DNA from: Octopus sinensis
Taxonomy: Eukaryota
DNA: 64,000 nt
Assembly (NCBI RefSeq): GCF_006345805.1
Contig: NC_043003.1
Coordinates: forward strand, 85,436,001-85,500,000
Direction of reading: 5' to 3'
In this document: positions 13,299 to 26,597 of the stretch, piece after piece
Layout: each line of letters starts with the position of its first letter
Numbering within the stretch: position 1 is the first letter of the stretch
Position numbers and translations under genes: made by a program
The notes under the pieces: model-generated
The model's input: only the letters and a program-made list of their open reading frames with translations
Database searches by the model: none
Told to the model about the DNA's origin: nothing

Positions 13299-14883
13299 CA
13301 GTATCTCTCAGAAATTTTAATAAAATAACCATTACTCTGATAATCTTGAAGGAAATCAAATGAAATTTATACTGAATAAAATATATTATACATGCAAACA
13401 TTATACAAACTTGGGGCACAAACTAATAAACATTTTCAAAGATATGAACAAAATATTAATTTTCAAACATTATAAAAATATGTACACACTAAAGGAAATT
13501 TGCTATATCCAATATTTTATCCACTTTTTTTTTACTAAATTCAGATATTGTTGATAATTTTAATTCTAATAAATTATTTCTCTGGGCATTTTTGCATTGG
13601 CCATGGTTATTGCATCTGCAGGAATTCTGATTTGTATACCATGGTGAAAATCTTCATTGTGATTAAAATGACACCAAAAAGAAAGGAATTGTCTGAAGAT
13701 TTGAAGAAAATTATTTTTAATTTGCACAAGAATGGTTTAGGATACCAGTTAATTAGCAAACGAATACATATTAGTGTAAACACAGTTGCTAAAGTAATTC
13801 AAAAGTACAAAGCTACTGAGCAGATAAGTAATAAACATCGTCCTGGTCATCTTTCTATTTTAACTACGCATGATATTCACCACATCCAACATTGCATGAT
13901 GGACAACAGACGTTGTACTGCTTCATCTTTGGCTCAAGAAGTGTCTTCTGTTAGTGAAGTTTGCCAAATTTTGAACCAGTGTGGTCTTCATGGATTCATC
14001 CCTCGTAGGAAGCCTCTCCTCACTACCAGGCATAAATTAAGTGGTCTTTCTTTTGCCGAAACCTATGTGAGTAAGAGGAAGAAGTTTTGGAATAAAATTC
14101 TTTTTTCTGATGAGAATAAAATCAGCTTGTTTGAGTCAGATGGTATTAAACAGGTATGGCAACGACCAGGTGAAGATAAAAGCAACAAATGCACCATGCC
14201 TGCTGTGAAGAACTACAGCAGAAGTGTTATGCTTTGGGGATGCATGAGTGCAGCAAGTGGGGGAGGACTAACATTTATTGAGAAAACAATGGATTCAAGG
14301 CTTTATTATGACATATTCCAGAAAACAATGTTGAAAAGCATCAAGGAACTAAGAAGACATTCCATGTTTCAACATGATAATGTCCATAAACACACTTCAA
14401 AGAGGACAACTAAGTTTTTATCAGACAAAAAGGTAAAGGTATTGCCTTGGCCTACCATATCACCTGATTTAAACCCAATAGAACAACTGTGGGTTGAGGA
14501 GAAAAGAACCCTGCAATGTAACACAATGGAAAGGCATCATTCAGGATGAATGGAGGTCAATTTCATCGGTTATATACAGAGATTTAGTTGATTCTATGCC
14601 CAGAAGACTTTATGCAGTCATTGAAAGAAAGGGCTGTTACAGCAAATATTGAAGACAGCAAATAATCCTTTAGGGGATACATATTTTTGTACTGTTTGAA
14701 AATTAATATTTCGTCCATATCTTTGAAAATTTTTATTGTTTTGAGTTCCAAATTTGTATAATGTTTGCATGTATAATATATTTTTATTCAGTATAAATTT
14801 CATTTGATTTCATTTGATATTATTAGAGTAATGGCGATTTTACTGAAATTTATTAGGGGTGTACATACTTCTGTGAGATACTG
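13299..14883 (+). mobile_element. Tc1 (DD34E) transposon with ~200-bp TIRs; transposase frameshifted near the C-terminus
   Basis: TA|cagtatctctcagaa ... ttctgtgagatactg|TA; MTPKRKELSEDLKK...FSDE...QHDN-(34)-E in SPDLNPIEQLW; the C-terminus DSMPRRLYAVIERKGCYSKY* is in another frame. Confidence 0.93.
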
Positions 14884-14954
14884 TATATATATATATATAT
14901 ATAAAGTATAGTCCTATGCTTCACATGTCCTTCTCAAGACATGCACATCAACAA

Positions 14955-15049
14955 AAGATACAATATCTCTCTCTTTCCCACTCTCTGCTATTATATATAT
15001 ATATATATATATAATAGCAGAGAGTGGGAAAGAGAGAGATATTGTATCT

Positions 15050-15050
<1 letters not shown>
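14955..15050. repeat. Perfect palindrome centred on (TA)n
   Basis: aagatacaatatctctctctttcccactctctgctat-(TA)n-atagcagagagtgggaaagagagagatattgtatctt. Confidence 0.95.
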
Positions 15051-15080
<30 letters not shown>

Positions 15081-15104
15081 GCATATATATATACACACGA
15101 CAGA

Positions 15105-15752
15105 ATGTAAGTGCCCTGAGAGAAATGCTGGACATAAGAAGCATCAAATGTGGCCTGCAAGAGAGACGTTTGTGCTGGTATGATCATGTACTACGGATGG
15201 ATGAGGAGAGATGTGTGAAGAAGTGAAGGAATCAGGGGTAGAGATAGACCCAGGAAGACATGGGATGAGGTGGTCAAGCATGACCTTCGAACGTTGGGCC
15301 TCACAGAGGCAATGACGAAAGACCAAGACCTCTGTGACTGCGAAGACCCGACAAATAAAGTGAGTTCATAGCATATCCTACACCAGCTTCACACAACCAG
15401 CCCCAGCCCATTCAAAGTACCTTGGATCATAGGACAACCTGCTGTGCTTACCTTGGATCGAAGGGTGGCCTGCTATGCTTGAGGAGACCTATTGAGTCAA
15501 GTACATCAATATCAAAATAAAAATCAAATGGAAATTGTAGTTGTGATACCTGTGCTGGCGGCACGTAAAAAGTACCCACTACACTTATGGAGTGGTTGGC
15601 ATTAGGAAGGGCATCCACTTGTAGAAACACTGCCAGATCAAACTGGAGTCTGGTGCAGCCACCTGGCTTCCCAGACCCCGGTCAAACCGTCCAACCCATG
15701 CTAGCATAGAAAAACGGACGTTAAACGCTGATGATGATGATGATGATGACGA
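15105..15752 (+). mobile_element. RTE LINE 3' fragment with (GAT)n tail
   Basis: ctgagagaaatgctggacataagaagcatc...gtggtcaagcatgaccttcgaacgttggg; 3' UTR and tail as in the 61680-62938 copy. Confidence 0.85.
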
Positions 15753-15823
<71 letters not shown>

Positions 15824-17765
15824 TCAGAGCACAGTTTTATGCTTCACCATGTCTAATCATAAACAACACACAACGATAAACACAGGTACTATATACATCA
15901 TCATCACTTTACCATTTATTTTTCCATGCTAGCAAGGGGCAGACAAAACTTCATTGAGGCAGAATTTTCTATAGCCAGATCCCCTTCTTGAGACCAACAT
16001 TCGCTTGCTTTTAAGCAAGATACTAATTCCCACAGTCTGGACATGCTTTACCCAAGAACTGCAAACAAATAACACTATTTGTACAGTGAGATTTTGTTTA
16101 GAATTAGCAACACGTGTCAAGACAAGAACAAGCACTCAGACAATGCAAACACATACACACACACACACACACACACATACATGAAAAGCTTCTTCTAGTT
16201 TCCATCTACCAAATTTCACTGACAAGATAAGGGTCAACCCAGAGCTGCAATGTAGGACAGCAGCTAACAATGTCCATCAGTGGGGCTAAACCCAAAACCA
16301 TCTGATTTCAAAGTTAACTATTTAACTACACAACCAAGCTATGCACATACTACAGGCAAAGAGACAAGCATACAAATAGATAAATCATGGACACAATCTA
16401 ATATCTTACTTTCTCTAGTTATTGTCAAAATCGCTGCAACCCTTTAGTATTCAGACTATTCTGTGAAATGTAATACTTGTCAATTCAAATTGCTTTGAAT
16501 TAATCGAGATTCTAATGACATGATTGATTATTTTTAGAATAACATTGTAGGGTAAGTGTGAGAAGCTGGATCTGATCAATTTGAAAATAAAACAAGTAAC
16601 TTATTTAAAAATAAATGAAAATAGTAAATTTTTCCTTTCATTTTCAAATTTTTTCCTATGGTGATCCATAAACTTAGTTGCTGATATTGTAGAAAAAATA
16701 ACAAACAACAAAACTATGAGAAAGGTGTTCAGTTTAATAGAAAGGAATAAATACAAAATTGAAAGTCATACAAACAACGCAAGTAGCAAATAATTTTCTT
16801 TGATGATTTTTGTGAAGTTTCCCTTTCATTTATTATTTTTGTTCTTATTTCTGGTGTTAATCATATTACTTTTCTGATTTCATTATTTTTTGCATGTTAA
16901 AATAAAATGGAATGTGGTAGTAAACAGGATCACATCAGATGTGCCCACAATAATTCACTTTTCTTGTTTAGTGATGTTTTCTATATATCATTATACTGAT
17001 TTTATTTTTGTTTTTGTGTTGAATCTTTTTTTGTTTCTTCTAGTTTATTTTTAGATTTCTCAGATGGGAGGTTCTCCTGTTAGTTATGAATGTCACCACG
17101 TTAGCATTCAACACAAAAACACTTAACACACAAACATACACACAGATACGTGTGTGTGTGTGTTAATGTGTGCTTAATGTCATAGGCTTTGAATCTATTT
17201 TCCCATGCAAGTATGGTCAGGAGCAGGGCTATCTTAGCAGTTTTGAAGGCCTCCAAGCAAAGCAATATGCAGGGATCCCTACATGTACAACTACAGAATA
17301 CATAGATTAGCACTAAGTCTCTGAGCCTTCTGTAGTCAGGATATACCTGTCATATATCATTTAGTTGTTGATATGTTTCTTTTTTATTTAAAGTTTGTAT
17401 AACTTTCCTACCACAAACATGTAGCTTTGGGCCCTATCCAAAGATCAAGACTTATACAAATAAATATATACATATATTTACTTTCTTTTTTTATATAAAT
17501 TCCAAGTTATCAAATTCTTTAAAATGAACAATCTTCTTTTTAAACAATATTATTAAGAAAAAATTATGTAAAATTGTTTTTAAAAATAAGAATAGAAAAT
17601 ATATATTTTACGTATGAAGAGAATGATATAATATTAAAAAAAACCTTATTGATAATTTTGTAATCGTATCCCTAATGTTATAACTTTACTTTCCTTTTAT
17701 TTTTGTAATTTTTATTATTTGTTTTCATTCACACAAATTAAAACCTAAGAAGATTATTGACAACA

Positions 17766-18041
17766 TTATACTGGAGTAGTCTTTGCTAAGGGAATAGCAG
17801 TCACCATGTAAATACCAGTTGGGTTAACTGAAGCTTTAAAATTGGAAGATGGTGAATAGACACCGAGGAACTTGCCATCAAACACTTCAGTAAGTTTATA
17901 TCCTGCATGTTCTGTCAAGTTCAGATATTTCAAACTCAAATCAATTTTTTTAGGGACACCATTGGTGTTGAAATTTACAAAGGCAAAGGCATAACTTCCA
18001 TTTGGTAATATCGGTTTCATCCAGTAATCGACGTTGTCTAC
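17766..18041 (-). CDS. NAGA: GH27 glycosidase last coding exon (C-terminal beta-sandwich domain)
   Basis: Acceptor cttttaaactaacag; VDNVDYWMKPILPNGSYAFAFVNF...VFDGKFLGVYSPSSNFKASVNPTGIYMVTAIPLAKTTPV*; TAA at 17766-17768; AATAAA on the - strand at about 17711-17716. Full CDS is 1236 nt = 411 aa. Confidence 0.92.
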   Translation of the reverse strand, partial: VDNVDYWMKPILPNGSYAFAFVNFNTNGVPKKIDLSLKYLNLTEHAGYKLTEVFDGKFLGVYSPSSNFKASVNPTGIYMVTAIPLAKTTPV

Positions 18042-18769
18042 CTGTTAGTTTAAAAGATGAAAAATGAATAAATACAAGAGTAACTTTGATGCAAAAGGTG
18101 TCATTTTATGATCTAGCAAATGCAAATAATGACTATATTTCATTGGAATGGTCCAATAAGACTGAAATATGTTTTGTTAAGACCACACATACCGCACATT
18201 TAATTACTGCAAACAGAAAGTATAGAATATTTTACCAAGAAATGTAACATGTTAATTTTCGTAATTTTTGTAACTGTTTTTTATATTAAAATCTTATATT
18301 ATAAAAGAGAGCTGATCTCACTTTGTCTGTCTGTAGCAACATCTGTCTAGAGAAAGGAAAGGAGAGGAGAAAAAGCTAGTGAGAGAGAGAAAGTGTGTGT
18401 GTGTGTATGTGTGTGTGTGCACGCGTGTGCACGTGCATGTACATGTATGTGTGAAATATAGATAAATAGATAGTTTTGTCACCGTAATAACTAACAAGTT
18501 TTTATTAAAACACAGGAATTTTAAGTACAAGTCTGTCAATATAATGCAACACAGACTTCAAAGATAATGTGTTTGTATGTATATATATGTGTGTGTGTGT
18601 ATGTATGTGTGTGTGTGTGTGTATAGTGTTGTTTTTTTTGTTTTGTGTGTGTGTTTCTCTTTATCTTTCAACATATAGACAACACAACACAGACTTTAAA
18701 AAAAAACTTTTACTTTGAACAATTTATGAAGGTATGTGCATGATTAATAAATATTTTTACCACCACTGT

Positions 18770-19496
18770 AGAGATGGGTAACAACCTATAGTTGAGTCAC
18801 TATCAGAACTAAAGGAGAAGTTTCAGGTGTGAAAGCAAGGTCTAGAATCAAAGGGCCTTAGAGTCAATCTAGCAAAAACCAAAGTCTTAATAAGTTGGAA
18901 GGCAGACAAATTACAAATCCCTTCAGGTAGATGGCCCTGCTTGATCTGTAGAAAAGGCGTAGGTAGAAACCCTATAAGATGTACCCAGTGTAAGCTATGG
19001 ACACATAAGAGGTGCAGCAATATCAAAGGAAGGCTAACTGGGAAGATAGTTTTTGTGTGTGGCAAATGCTGTGTGGAAATAAACACTGAAAATGTACAGA
19101 AAACAGCTTCCATCACATGCCAGGGAGAAAACTAGAAGTAATTGATAGCTTCCATTACCTAGATGACCAAGTCAGTAGTGGGGGTGGATGCTCTGAGAGT
19201 GTAGCTGCTAGAATAAGAATAGCCTGGGCAAAGTTCAGGGAACTCCTACCTATGCTGATGACAAAGGGCCTCTCACTCAGAGTAAAAAGTAGACTGTATA
19301 ATGCATGTGTACAAACAGCCATGCTACATGGCAGTGAAACATGGGCTGTGACTGCTGAGGGCATGCATAAGCTTGCAAGAAATGAAGCTAGTATGTGTAA
19401 TGTCAGTGTGCATACACAACAGTGTGTAAGCACCCTGAGAGAAAATTTGGACATAAGAAGTATCAGATGTGGTGTGCAAGAGAGGCAACTGCGCTG
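18770..19496 (+). mobile_element. RTE LINE fragment (end of RT, C4HC3 finger, thumb/C-terminal region), interrupted by Gypsy DNA
   Basis: KQGLESKGLRVNLAKTKVL; CLICRKGVGRNPIRCTQCKLWTHKRC...CGKC; KGLSLRVKSRLYNACVQTAMLHGSETW. Confidence 0.9.
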
Positions 19497-22400
19497 TGGA
19501 GACCTCCAGGTTAAAATTATTGGAACTAGAGCAACTAGAAAATGAGTCAATCAACAACTTTCTTCATAGGATTAATTCTCAAGGTTTCTTCTATCATTTG
19601 AATAAGTTGAAAGAAAATCCGGAAGAGGGAATCATGAAACTCATTTTCAGCATGGGATTGTCATTGGCAGCGATAAAGTTTAAAATTTTGGATCAGTTAG
19701 TGTCATTCTAAAATGAATTACACTGAAATAGCTGCTCTCACTACCACCATAGAATCAGAAACACTGTTTGCTAGTAGTCTACAAACAATAATAAAATTTA
19801 ACGTCAACAAGAATACATACAGTCGTGACATAGTGAAAGGTCAAAATTGTGGGTGTACACACAGAGCTTGTGTGTGTCCAGCTTATGGTAAAAATAGCAA
19901 TAAGTGCGGCAAATTAGGGCACTTTGCAAGATTTTGCCAATCTAAAAACAATTGTCATGTGGACAACATAAATGTATCTCCAAGCGAGACTAGCTCTGCT
20001 AGCAGTTTGTTGCTAAACATGAACAAGGAGAGTGCTAATAACATGGGTGTTTGCAAGTGTTTCATAATAGAAGCATAGATATGAAAGTGGATATTGGGAC
20101 AGCTCGTTTGATAGTCCCATTATCATTTGCTTCACAGTTAGGTATCCCAGTCAAATCATGCTACAATACATTAACCAGTTTTGACTGTTCAGATCTAAAG
20201 GTTGTTGGATCAATCAGAGTGACATTTAAACTCAACAACACCAATGAGTCACATAAATTTATTGTGATAGACAGCCCATACTCTTTTGGGTTGATTGGAA
20301 AAGATATTATTAAAGACAGTTCATTTTGTCTTAATTTAAACATGGATGTGTTCCCACATGTTAAAGGTTTTGTGGCTCAAGTTAACTGCTGTGATGCGAG
20401 ATATAGCATGATAAGTTCAGTGAGATACGTTCCAGTACATTTAGGAAAAGAAGTGAAAGGTAAGTTAAAGAGATTGGAAATGATGGGTATCATCACACCG
20501 TTGGAGTACTCTGGAGTCAGATGTGCCTCACTGTGGCATGGCTGAGTAAAAAAGATGGATATCTTTGCATGTGTTGATTATAAAACTCATTTAAATGCAC
20601 TTATTGACACCTATTCTTTTCACATACCATCAATCAACACTATCTTCTCTGGTATGTCAGGTACAAAATTTTTCTCCACTCTTGATTTAAAGTATGCAGA
20701 TTGGCAATTACCTTTAGCAGAGGAAGCAAGACAGATTTGCACTATTAATACAACCAATGGTCTCTACCTGGTTAACAGACATCAAATCGGCCTTAAGAAT
20801 TTGAATGGCATATTTCAGAACTGCATGAAATCTCTACTAAAAGGGATCAAAGGAGTAAGGGTATACCAAGATGATATCCTTATCTATGCTAGTAGCAAAG
20901 CAAAATTGACAAGCTGAGAAAATATGGTAGTTGCAAGGCTAACTAAGGCACAGTTCTCCATTAACAAAGAGAAGTCATTCTCCAGAAGAAGAAATTTGAC
21001 TTTCCTGGGAATGAACATATCTGAAGAGGGTATTTCTCCATCTCAGGAATTGGTAGCAAAACTAAAGGACAGTCAAGTACCAAAATCAAAGGAAGATATT
21101 GACAAAATATTAGGTCTGACAAATTACTACAGAAGATTTGTCCTGGCATATGCTGAAAAAGTAGAACCATACTTATCAGCTAGATCTAAAGAATTTAAGT
21201 GGGGTAAAGAGCAAGATAAGGCCTTCCATATGCTTATCACTCATCTTTCAGAGGCTCCAGTTTCATAACCATACTCAATGGAAAAGATGAGCACTCTCAT
21301 TGTAGATGCATCCTTGATTGCAGTAGCTGGGACATTATCCCAAGAAGGACACCCAGTAGCATTCATAAGCCAAACCTTTAGCCAAGCACAACGAAATTGT
21401 TTGAAGACAGAAAGAGAGAGGCTTATGCAGTGGTATGTTGCATAGATAGACTGTAGCTTTTCCTTCTAGGAAAGCAGTTTTATTTGGAAACAGATCACCA
21501 GCCTTTAAAAACCCTGTTCACAAATGATTTAGCTGTATCTCAATGTGCTTCATAAAGAATGGCCAGGTGGAATTTGATTATATCACAGTATGATTTCTTC
21601 ATTAATCTTGCAAAGAGTTAGGCCAAATTTAGTGAAGGCAAATAACACATGGCCTATTTCTGGGCCCTGGAAACATGTGCATATGGATTGGGCATACGTT
21701 CCAAACAATGGTAACATACTTGTAATTGCAAATGCCTATTCAACATAGATTGAGGCATTCTTGTCCTAATCACTCGACTAAAGCAGTAAAAAGCAAGCTG
21801 CTTGAGGTCTTTGCTCATTTAGGTGTACCCACAGCTTTAGTATTGGACAACAGGCCTGAATTTGTTGTGTTAAAGAATATGTTGTCATCAATGGCTTGCA
21901 GAGAAATTGAGACACCTGCTTACAGTCCAACATCTAATGGTACCACTGAAAGGAACATACAAATTTTGACAGCTGCACTGAAGTATTTTGATCTGAAAAC
22001 AGGGAATTTCAGCAACTACTTGAACAAAATTCTGTTCAACCAACAGAGTGCCTCAGGTGGTTGTAAGTTATCACCAGTCAAAAAGTTAATAAAAATACCA
22101 TTGAGGGTTGCTATAAACCCATTCTTTGAAATAGGTGAGGATGTAATACACAAAATCATGTTCAACAAGGTTGCATCCAAGGCAAAATATGTGATACATT
22201 CTGGAAATAATACTGCATGGACTAAGAAGGAGGGTTGCCCACTGCAGTAACTGGCAGTTGAGTGACTGACCCTGCTAAACACAGGAACCAGAACCAGAAT
22301 TGAGCACAACACCTGGCACAATGGTTCATGCTGAGTCTGCAAAGATACCTAACAGTGACAGTGCAACCATATCAAATCCTCAGGCTAGGTGTGACACCAA

Positions 22401-22500
22401 CACTGGAGTTACAGAAGCGAAGCAGCCTAAAGTTATAGAAGAAGTGGAGCAGCCTTTTATTGACAATGCTAGCCATTGAAGATTGAACATGAAAATTTCA
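19497..22500 (+). mobile_element. Decayed Ty3/Gypsy LTR retrotransposon internal region (gag-PR-RT-RH-IN)
   Basis: Zinc knuckle CGKLGHFARFC; degenerate protease (KVDIGT); RT motifs FSTLDLKYADWQ and YQDDILI; RNase H VDAS; integrase HMDW, VLDNRPEF, SNGTTER. Many stops and frameshifts. Confidence 0.9.
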
Positions 22501-22575
22501 TCAAGTCTTCAACTGAGGCAAAGTGCAAGAATTACGGCAGGATGTAAAAAGCCAAAACATTTCGAGGAAGAATAA

Positions 22576-22610
22576 TGTGGTAGTTGTGTTGGGTTTACTG
22601 ATTTTGGTAT

Positions 22611-22666
<56 letters not shown>

Positions 22667-22849
22667 CTCACAAAGGAAGTCTTGTGCAACCACATGGAAA
22701 CCATGAGATGAGAGAGGAACAAGCTGGCAGCCATAAAAGTGATGATATCACTACGCACAGCGTGGACCTCAGAAGTGAGCTGTGTAACTTGCAGTTACGA
22801 ACATTCAAAATATTTTCTTAAGAGTGAAACACAACACAAATATTATACA
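22576..22849 (+). mobile_element. Candidate 3' LTR of the Gypsy remnant
   Basis: Purine-rich gaggaagaataa followed by TGTGGTA...TATACA (TG..CA ends). No 5' LTR is present to confirm it. Confidence 0.35.
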
Positions 22850-23225
22850 AAGCATCAAAAAATAGATCAGTTGACTAACTGGCAAGGAGTAGCTTGTCTT
22901 TTTTCTACAGTCACTATTTCCATTTATGAACTACCAACTCAGTTATCTCATCTTGTGTTATCCATTTTGTATCCATCCACCATTCAGATGCTGTATTAAT
23001 CATTATGACCAATCACTGCTTTCCACAAACTCAGCATTTTAGAATTCTTTACCTTACTGCAGTCACTGTGCCATGCACTTACTAAGTTACAAAAGTCATT
23101 GTGCCACAACAGTCCATGTGCAATGTGTATAAGCAATTTCTACATTAAAAATAAACACATCAAAAGTTAAGAGTAAGAGATTTATTGAAACAGAAATGAG
23201 GTAAAAAAAAAAAAGGAAAACTTAC

Positions 23226-23423
23226 ATTCCATATCCTCTTTCCTTGAATTCCAAGAGAATCCTGGTTTACAGCAATAATACGCTTATTGGTGAGCAGTTC
23301 CTTAGCAAATGGTTTGATACTTCGTAAATCCACTGACATAATTAAAGGCGATGCCATTATAGCCCACATACCCATCTGAACTTTTTGCTGGTTGTCACTC
23401 AAACCAAAGTCGCCAATGATCAA
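23226..23423 (-). CDS. NAGA: GH27 glycosidase coding exon 6
   Basis: Acceptor ttattctag, donor aat|GTAAGT; 198 nt; [66 protein letters not shown]. Confidence 0.96.
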
Positions 23424-23633
23424 CTAGAATAATAAATAATAAATAATAAATAATAATAATAATAATAATAATCCTTTCTACTATAGGGGGAGGAGGAGAA
23501 GCTACACCAGCAGCTAGCTGGTACATTTTTTCAGCTAAGGAAACTGGAACAAGACATGAAGTATCATATTCAAAGACACAACATGCTACCTGGTCCGGGA
23601 ATCAACACCCATGACCAGACTACTAGGAATGTA

Positions 23634-24882
23634 TTGGGCTAGCAACTAAGTTTGTTTTTTTAAATTTTAATTTTTTAAAAGGTTTAATAAAAAATAACAA
23701 CTAATTAATCAATAATGTATTCACTCTTGTTCTTTACAACTTCTACCCAACTTTCAACAAGATTTTCAATACCTCGTTGGTAAAAATCATCTGATTTCAA
23801 CCAGGCTCTCAATTCTGCATTAGTATTGAATGAAACTCCGCGCATAGCATTTGAAAGAGATCAAAAGAGGTGGAAATCTGTTGGTGTCAAATCAGGAGAG
23901 GACAACAGGTGTGGCAGCAATTCCCAGCTATGCATTTGAAAGGCATCCTTGGTTATATTGCCAATATGAGGGCGGTCGTTGTTGTGCAACAGAAGAACTC
24001 CATGCTGCTAATTAGGTCTTTTCTCTTGAATAGCCATGTTGAGTCATTCCATCAGTTGAACATAGAGTTTTGCATTGACAGTTTGGTTCTGTTCAAGCAA
24101 TTCATAATGGATAATCCCTTCCCAGTCCCACCATACACACAGCATCGTTTTACGCGGATGAAGATCTTGTTTCATGCACGGTGTCACTTGTTTACCGGGG
24201 CTAAACCATTCCTTATGCTGCTTCATATTGATGTACAGGCTCCATTTTTCATCGCCAGTAACAATTCAGTAAAGAAATCGTTGCTTGTGTCCATGAGTTG
24301 AACAGTGATGAGCAAGCAAACCAGTGGAGATTGTGGCCCATTAATTTTTGTTGTTGTCACTTAAAGCATGCGGAACCCATGCTCCATACTTCTGAACCTT
24401 TCCCATCGAGTGAAGATGCTTCTCTATAGCAGTGTGGGAGCATTCCATTTTCTCTGCCAGTTCCCTTGTTGTTTGACAAGAATTTTCATGCAAAAGTTGG
24501 TTTAATCGCTCTTTATCGAACTCAACTGGACAGCCAAAACAAGGTGCATCTTTGAGGTCAAAATTTCCATTTTTGAACTTGGCATACCAATCACAAGCAA
24601 TTCTTTCAGCTATGATACCCTCTCCATACACAGCACAAATGTCGTAAGCAGCTTTTGCGACCTTAGAATCTTGATTAAAAGCAAAAAGAAGGAAGTATCG
24701 AAAATGCTCATTTTTCTTAACCTAACATTTCATTTTAATGATCTGAAAATAAATAAAAAAAATTAACTAACATTAACTAGAAAAAAAAAAAACTAGATTC
24801 CAAAATGATTCAAAAATAGAATTCTCAAAAAAAATAGATTCCAAAATTTAAAAGAACAGCGGGAACTTAGTTGCCGACCCAA
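23634..24882 (-). mobile_element. Full-length decayed mariner transposon
   Basis: TA|ttgggctagcaactaagtt ... aacttagttgccgacccaa|TA; motifs WVPHAL, TGDEKW, SSPDLTPTDFHLF; several stop codons. Confidence 0.92.
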
Positions 24883-25005
24883 TACTTTCACTGCAGTCAT
24901 GTAACATTAATAAATATTGTCAACTGAAAATAGTAAGTGTATGACACATGGGCTGTTGTGGATCAGTGACTTCAAAAAGTTTTGCTAATAGTTTGCTCTG
25001 GAGGA

Positions 25006-25638
25006 AGTGGCTGAGTACTTCTTCATAGTCTTTAAAGATTTTCTTGACTAAAATCTATTCAATGACCAATCAACCAAGTGTTATTATTTCTAACTCATCT
25101 ACAACACATTTATTAATTAGTGACTTAAAATTTTCTTTACTGCTCAGCCCAACGGTAACACTGTTATGTGATTAGAGAAAAAGAGGGAGAAGGAAAAGAA
25201 GGGAGAGATTAGAGAAAAAGAGGGAGAAGGAAAAGGGAGAGGTGGTGGATAGTGAAAAGTGTATTTTTTTTTAATTGAACTAAGTTTTTTATATCACTCC
25301 CACTTAATACATACACATAAATGCAATTCCATGAAATATTCAAGCTTATTTACATGACAGATATATGCAATTTAACTAATATGTACATATATTTTTTCTC
25401 CTTCCCTCCTTTTCTCTCTCCCTTGTTTTCTCTCATCACTTGAAAGCATTACCGATGAGATAATTAAGGCAATGACAAGCAGAGTTATAAGATCAGTAAG
25501 GAAAATGTTAAGTCACTAATTTATAGCATTTAATGTGTTGAAGATGAGTCAGCAATAATAACATTTGGTTGCTTAATCATTGAATAGATGTTAGTAAGAA
25601 AAACTTTAAAGAATGTGAAGAAGTATACAGCCACTTTA
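25006..25638. repeat. Old fold-back/MITE-like element with ~150-200-bp diverged inverted arms
   Basis: aagtggctgagtacttcttcatagtctttaaag... versus ...ctttaaagaatgtgaagaagtatacagccactt; purine-rich and pyrimidine-rich inner blocks are also mirrored. Confidence 0.7.
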
Positions 25639-26435
25639 TGAGTGCTGTATATTAAGTCTAAAAAATTGTGTATAAAGTATATAAAGTGCATTAAGTAATC
25701 ATCCTTCACTTTTCAGTGATTATCAGATGAGCGACTATCTTTCCATATAGATACAATACAGGCTACACTTTCAGGATTTTTGGATAAAGTTTTCAGAAAT
25801 AACCCAATAGGCTTACCATTAATTCTATGAAATATTCATGGGTCCCGCTAGTCAATAAACATTTTGGCATCAACATCTTTCTCAGGGTTTTCAAGACTAA
25901 AACCTGAGCACTTGCTTGAATGCTTGCAACAGAGTGGACTACCCTAAAGGCACCCAGGAGCCACATGATGGTATTTAACAGGATAACAGATTAAAGCAAT
26001 CATGCAAGAACATGAAAAGTCCTTTCAACAAGCTTCAACTTTTACTCATAAGACTTTGTTTACAGAAGTTACTGTCCAATGTTGTTGTTAAGCAATGAGA
26101 TCAAAATCGAAGGTGTACAATTATAAAGCAAACTTAACATAATCTTTCCTGCTTCCCATGAAGATACTTGGTCTAAAGAAATTTTGAGCCAATGAGAGAG
26201 TAAAAATGTAACAAACCTATCAACCTACAAGAAACAATAGCCAAATCTCCTCCTCTTAACCTACAGTGGTTTAAGAACATTAATAGCATCACTCTCACAA
26301 GTTTGGAAAAGCCTGTGAAAGCCATGGGTAATACCCATTCCCTCCAGACCCAATAAGGAAGAAAAAAAATCCTATATAGACTTAAACTCGACTATATAAA
26401 GCAATTTCAAGAAGAGAAATATCAAAATAATTTAC

Positions 26436-26597
26436 CATGTCCGGATCATTAAATTGTCCTGGTTTAGCAACTTCAGCAAACTTTGCTTTATTATCTCCAT
26501 AGAATTTAATGATTGATGCAATGCTAGCCCAAGAATCCTGAACATCATGGTAGTTACGCCAAATGTTACATGATTTTGCAATAGCTTTGTAGTCAGG
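26436..26597 (-). CDS. NAGA: GH27 glycosidase coding exon 5 (acid/base Asp, WRNYHD)
   Basis: Acceptor tactctgtttcag, donor atg|GTAAAT; 162 nt; PDYKAIAKSCNIWRNYHDVQDSWASIASIIKFYGDNKAKFAEVAKPGQFNDPDM. Confidence 0.96.

Noticed and set aside
13548-13668. N-terminal extension of the 333-aa Tc1 ORF
   Set aside because: It starts at an alternative TTG in the element's 5' region; the transposase most likely begins at MTPKRK.
19713-22250. Intact or domesticated Gypsy gene
   Set aside because: Fragmented by many stops and frameshifts, with degenerate catalytic motifs and no 5' LTR.
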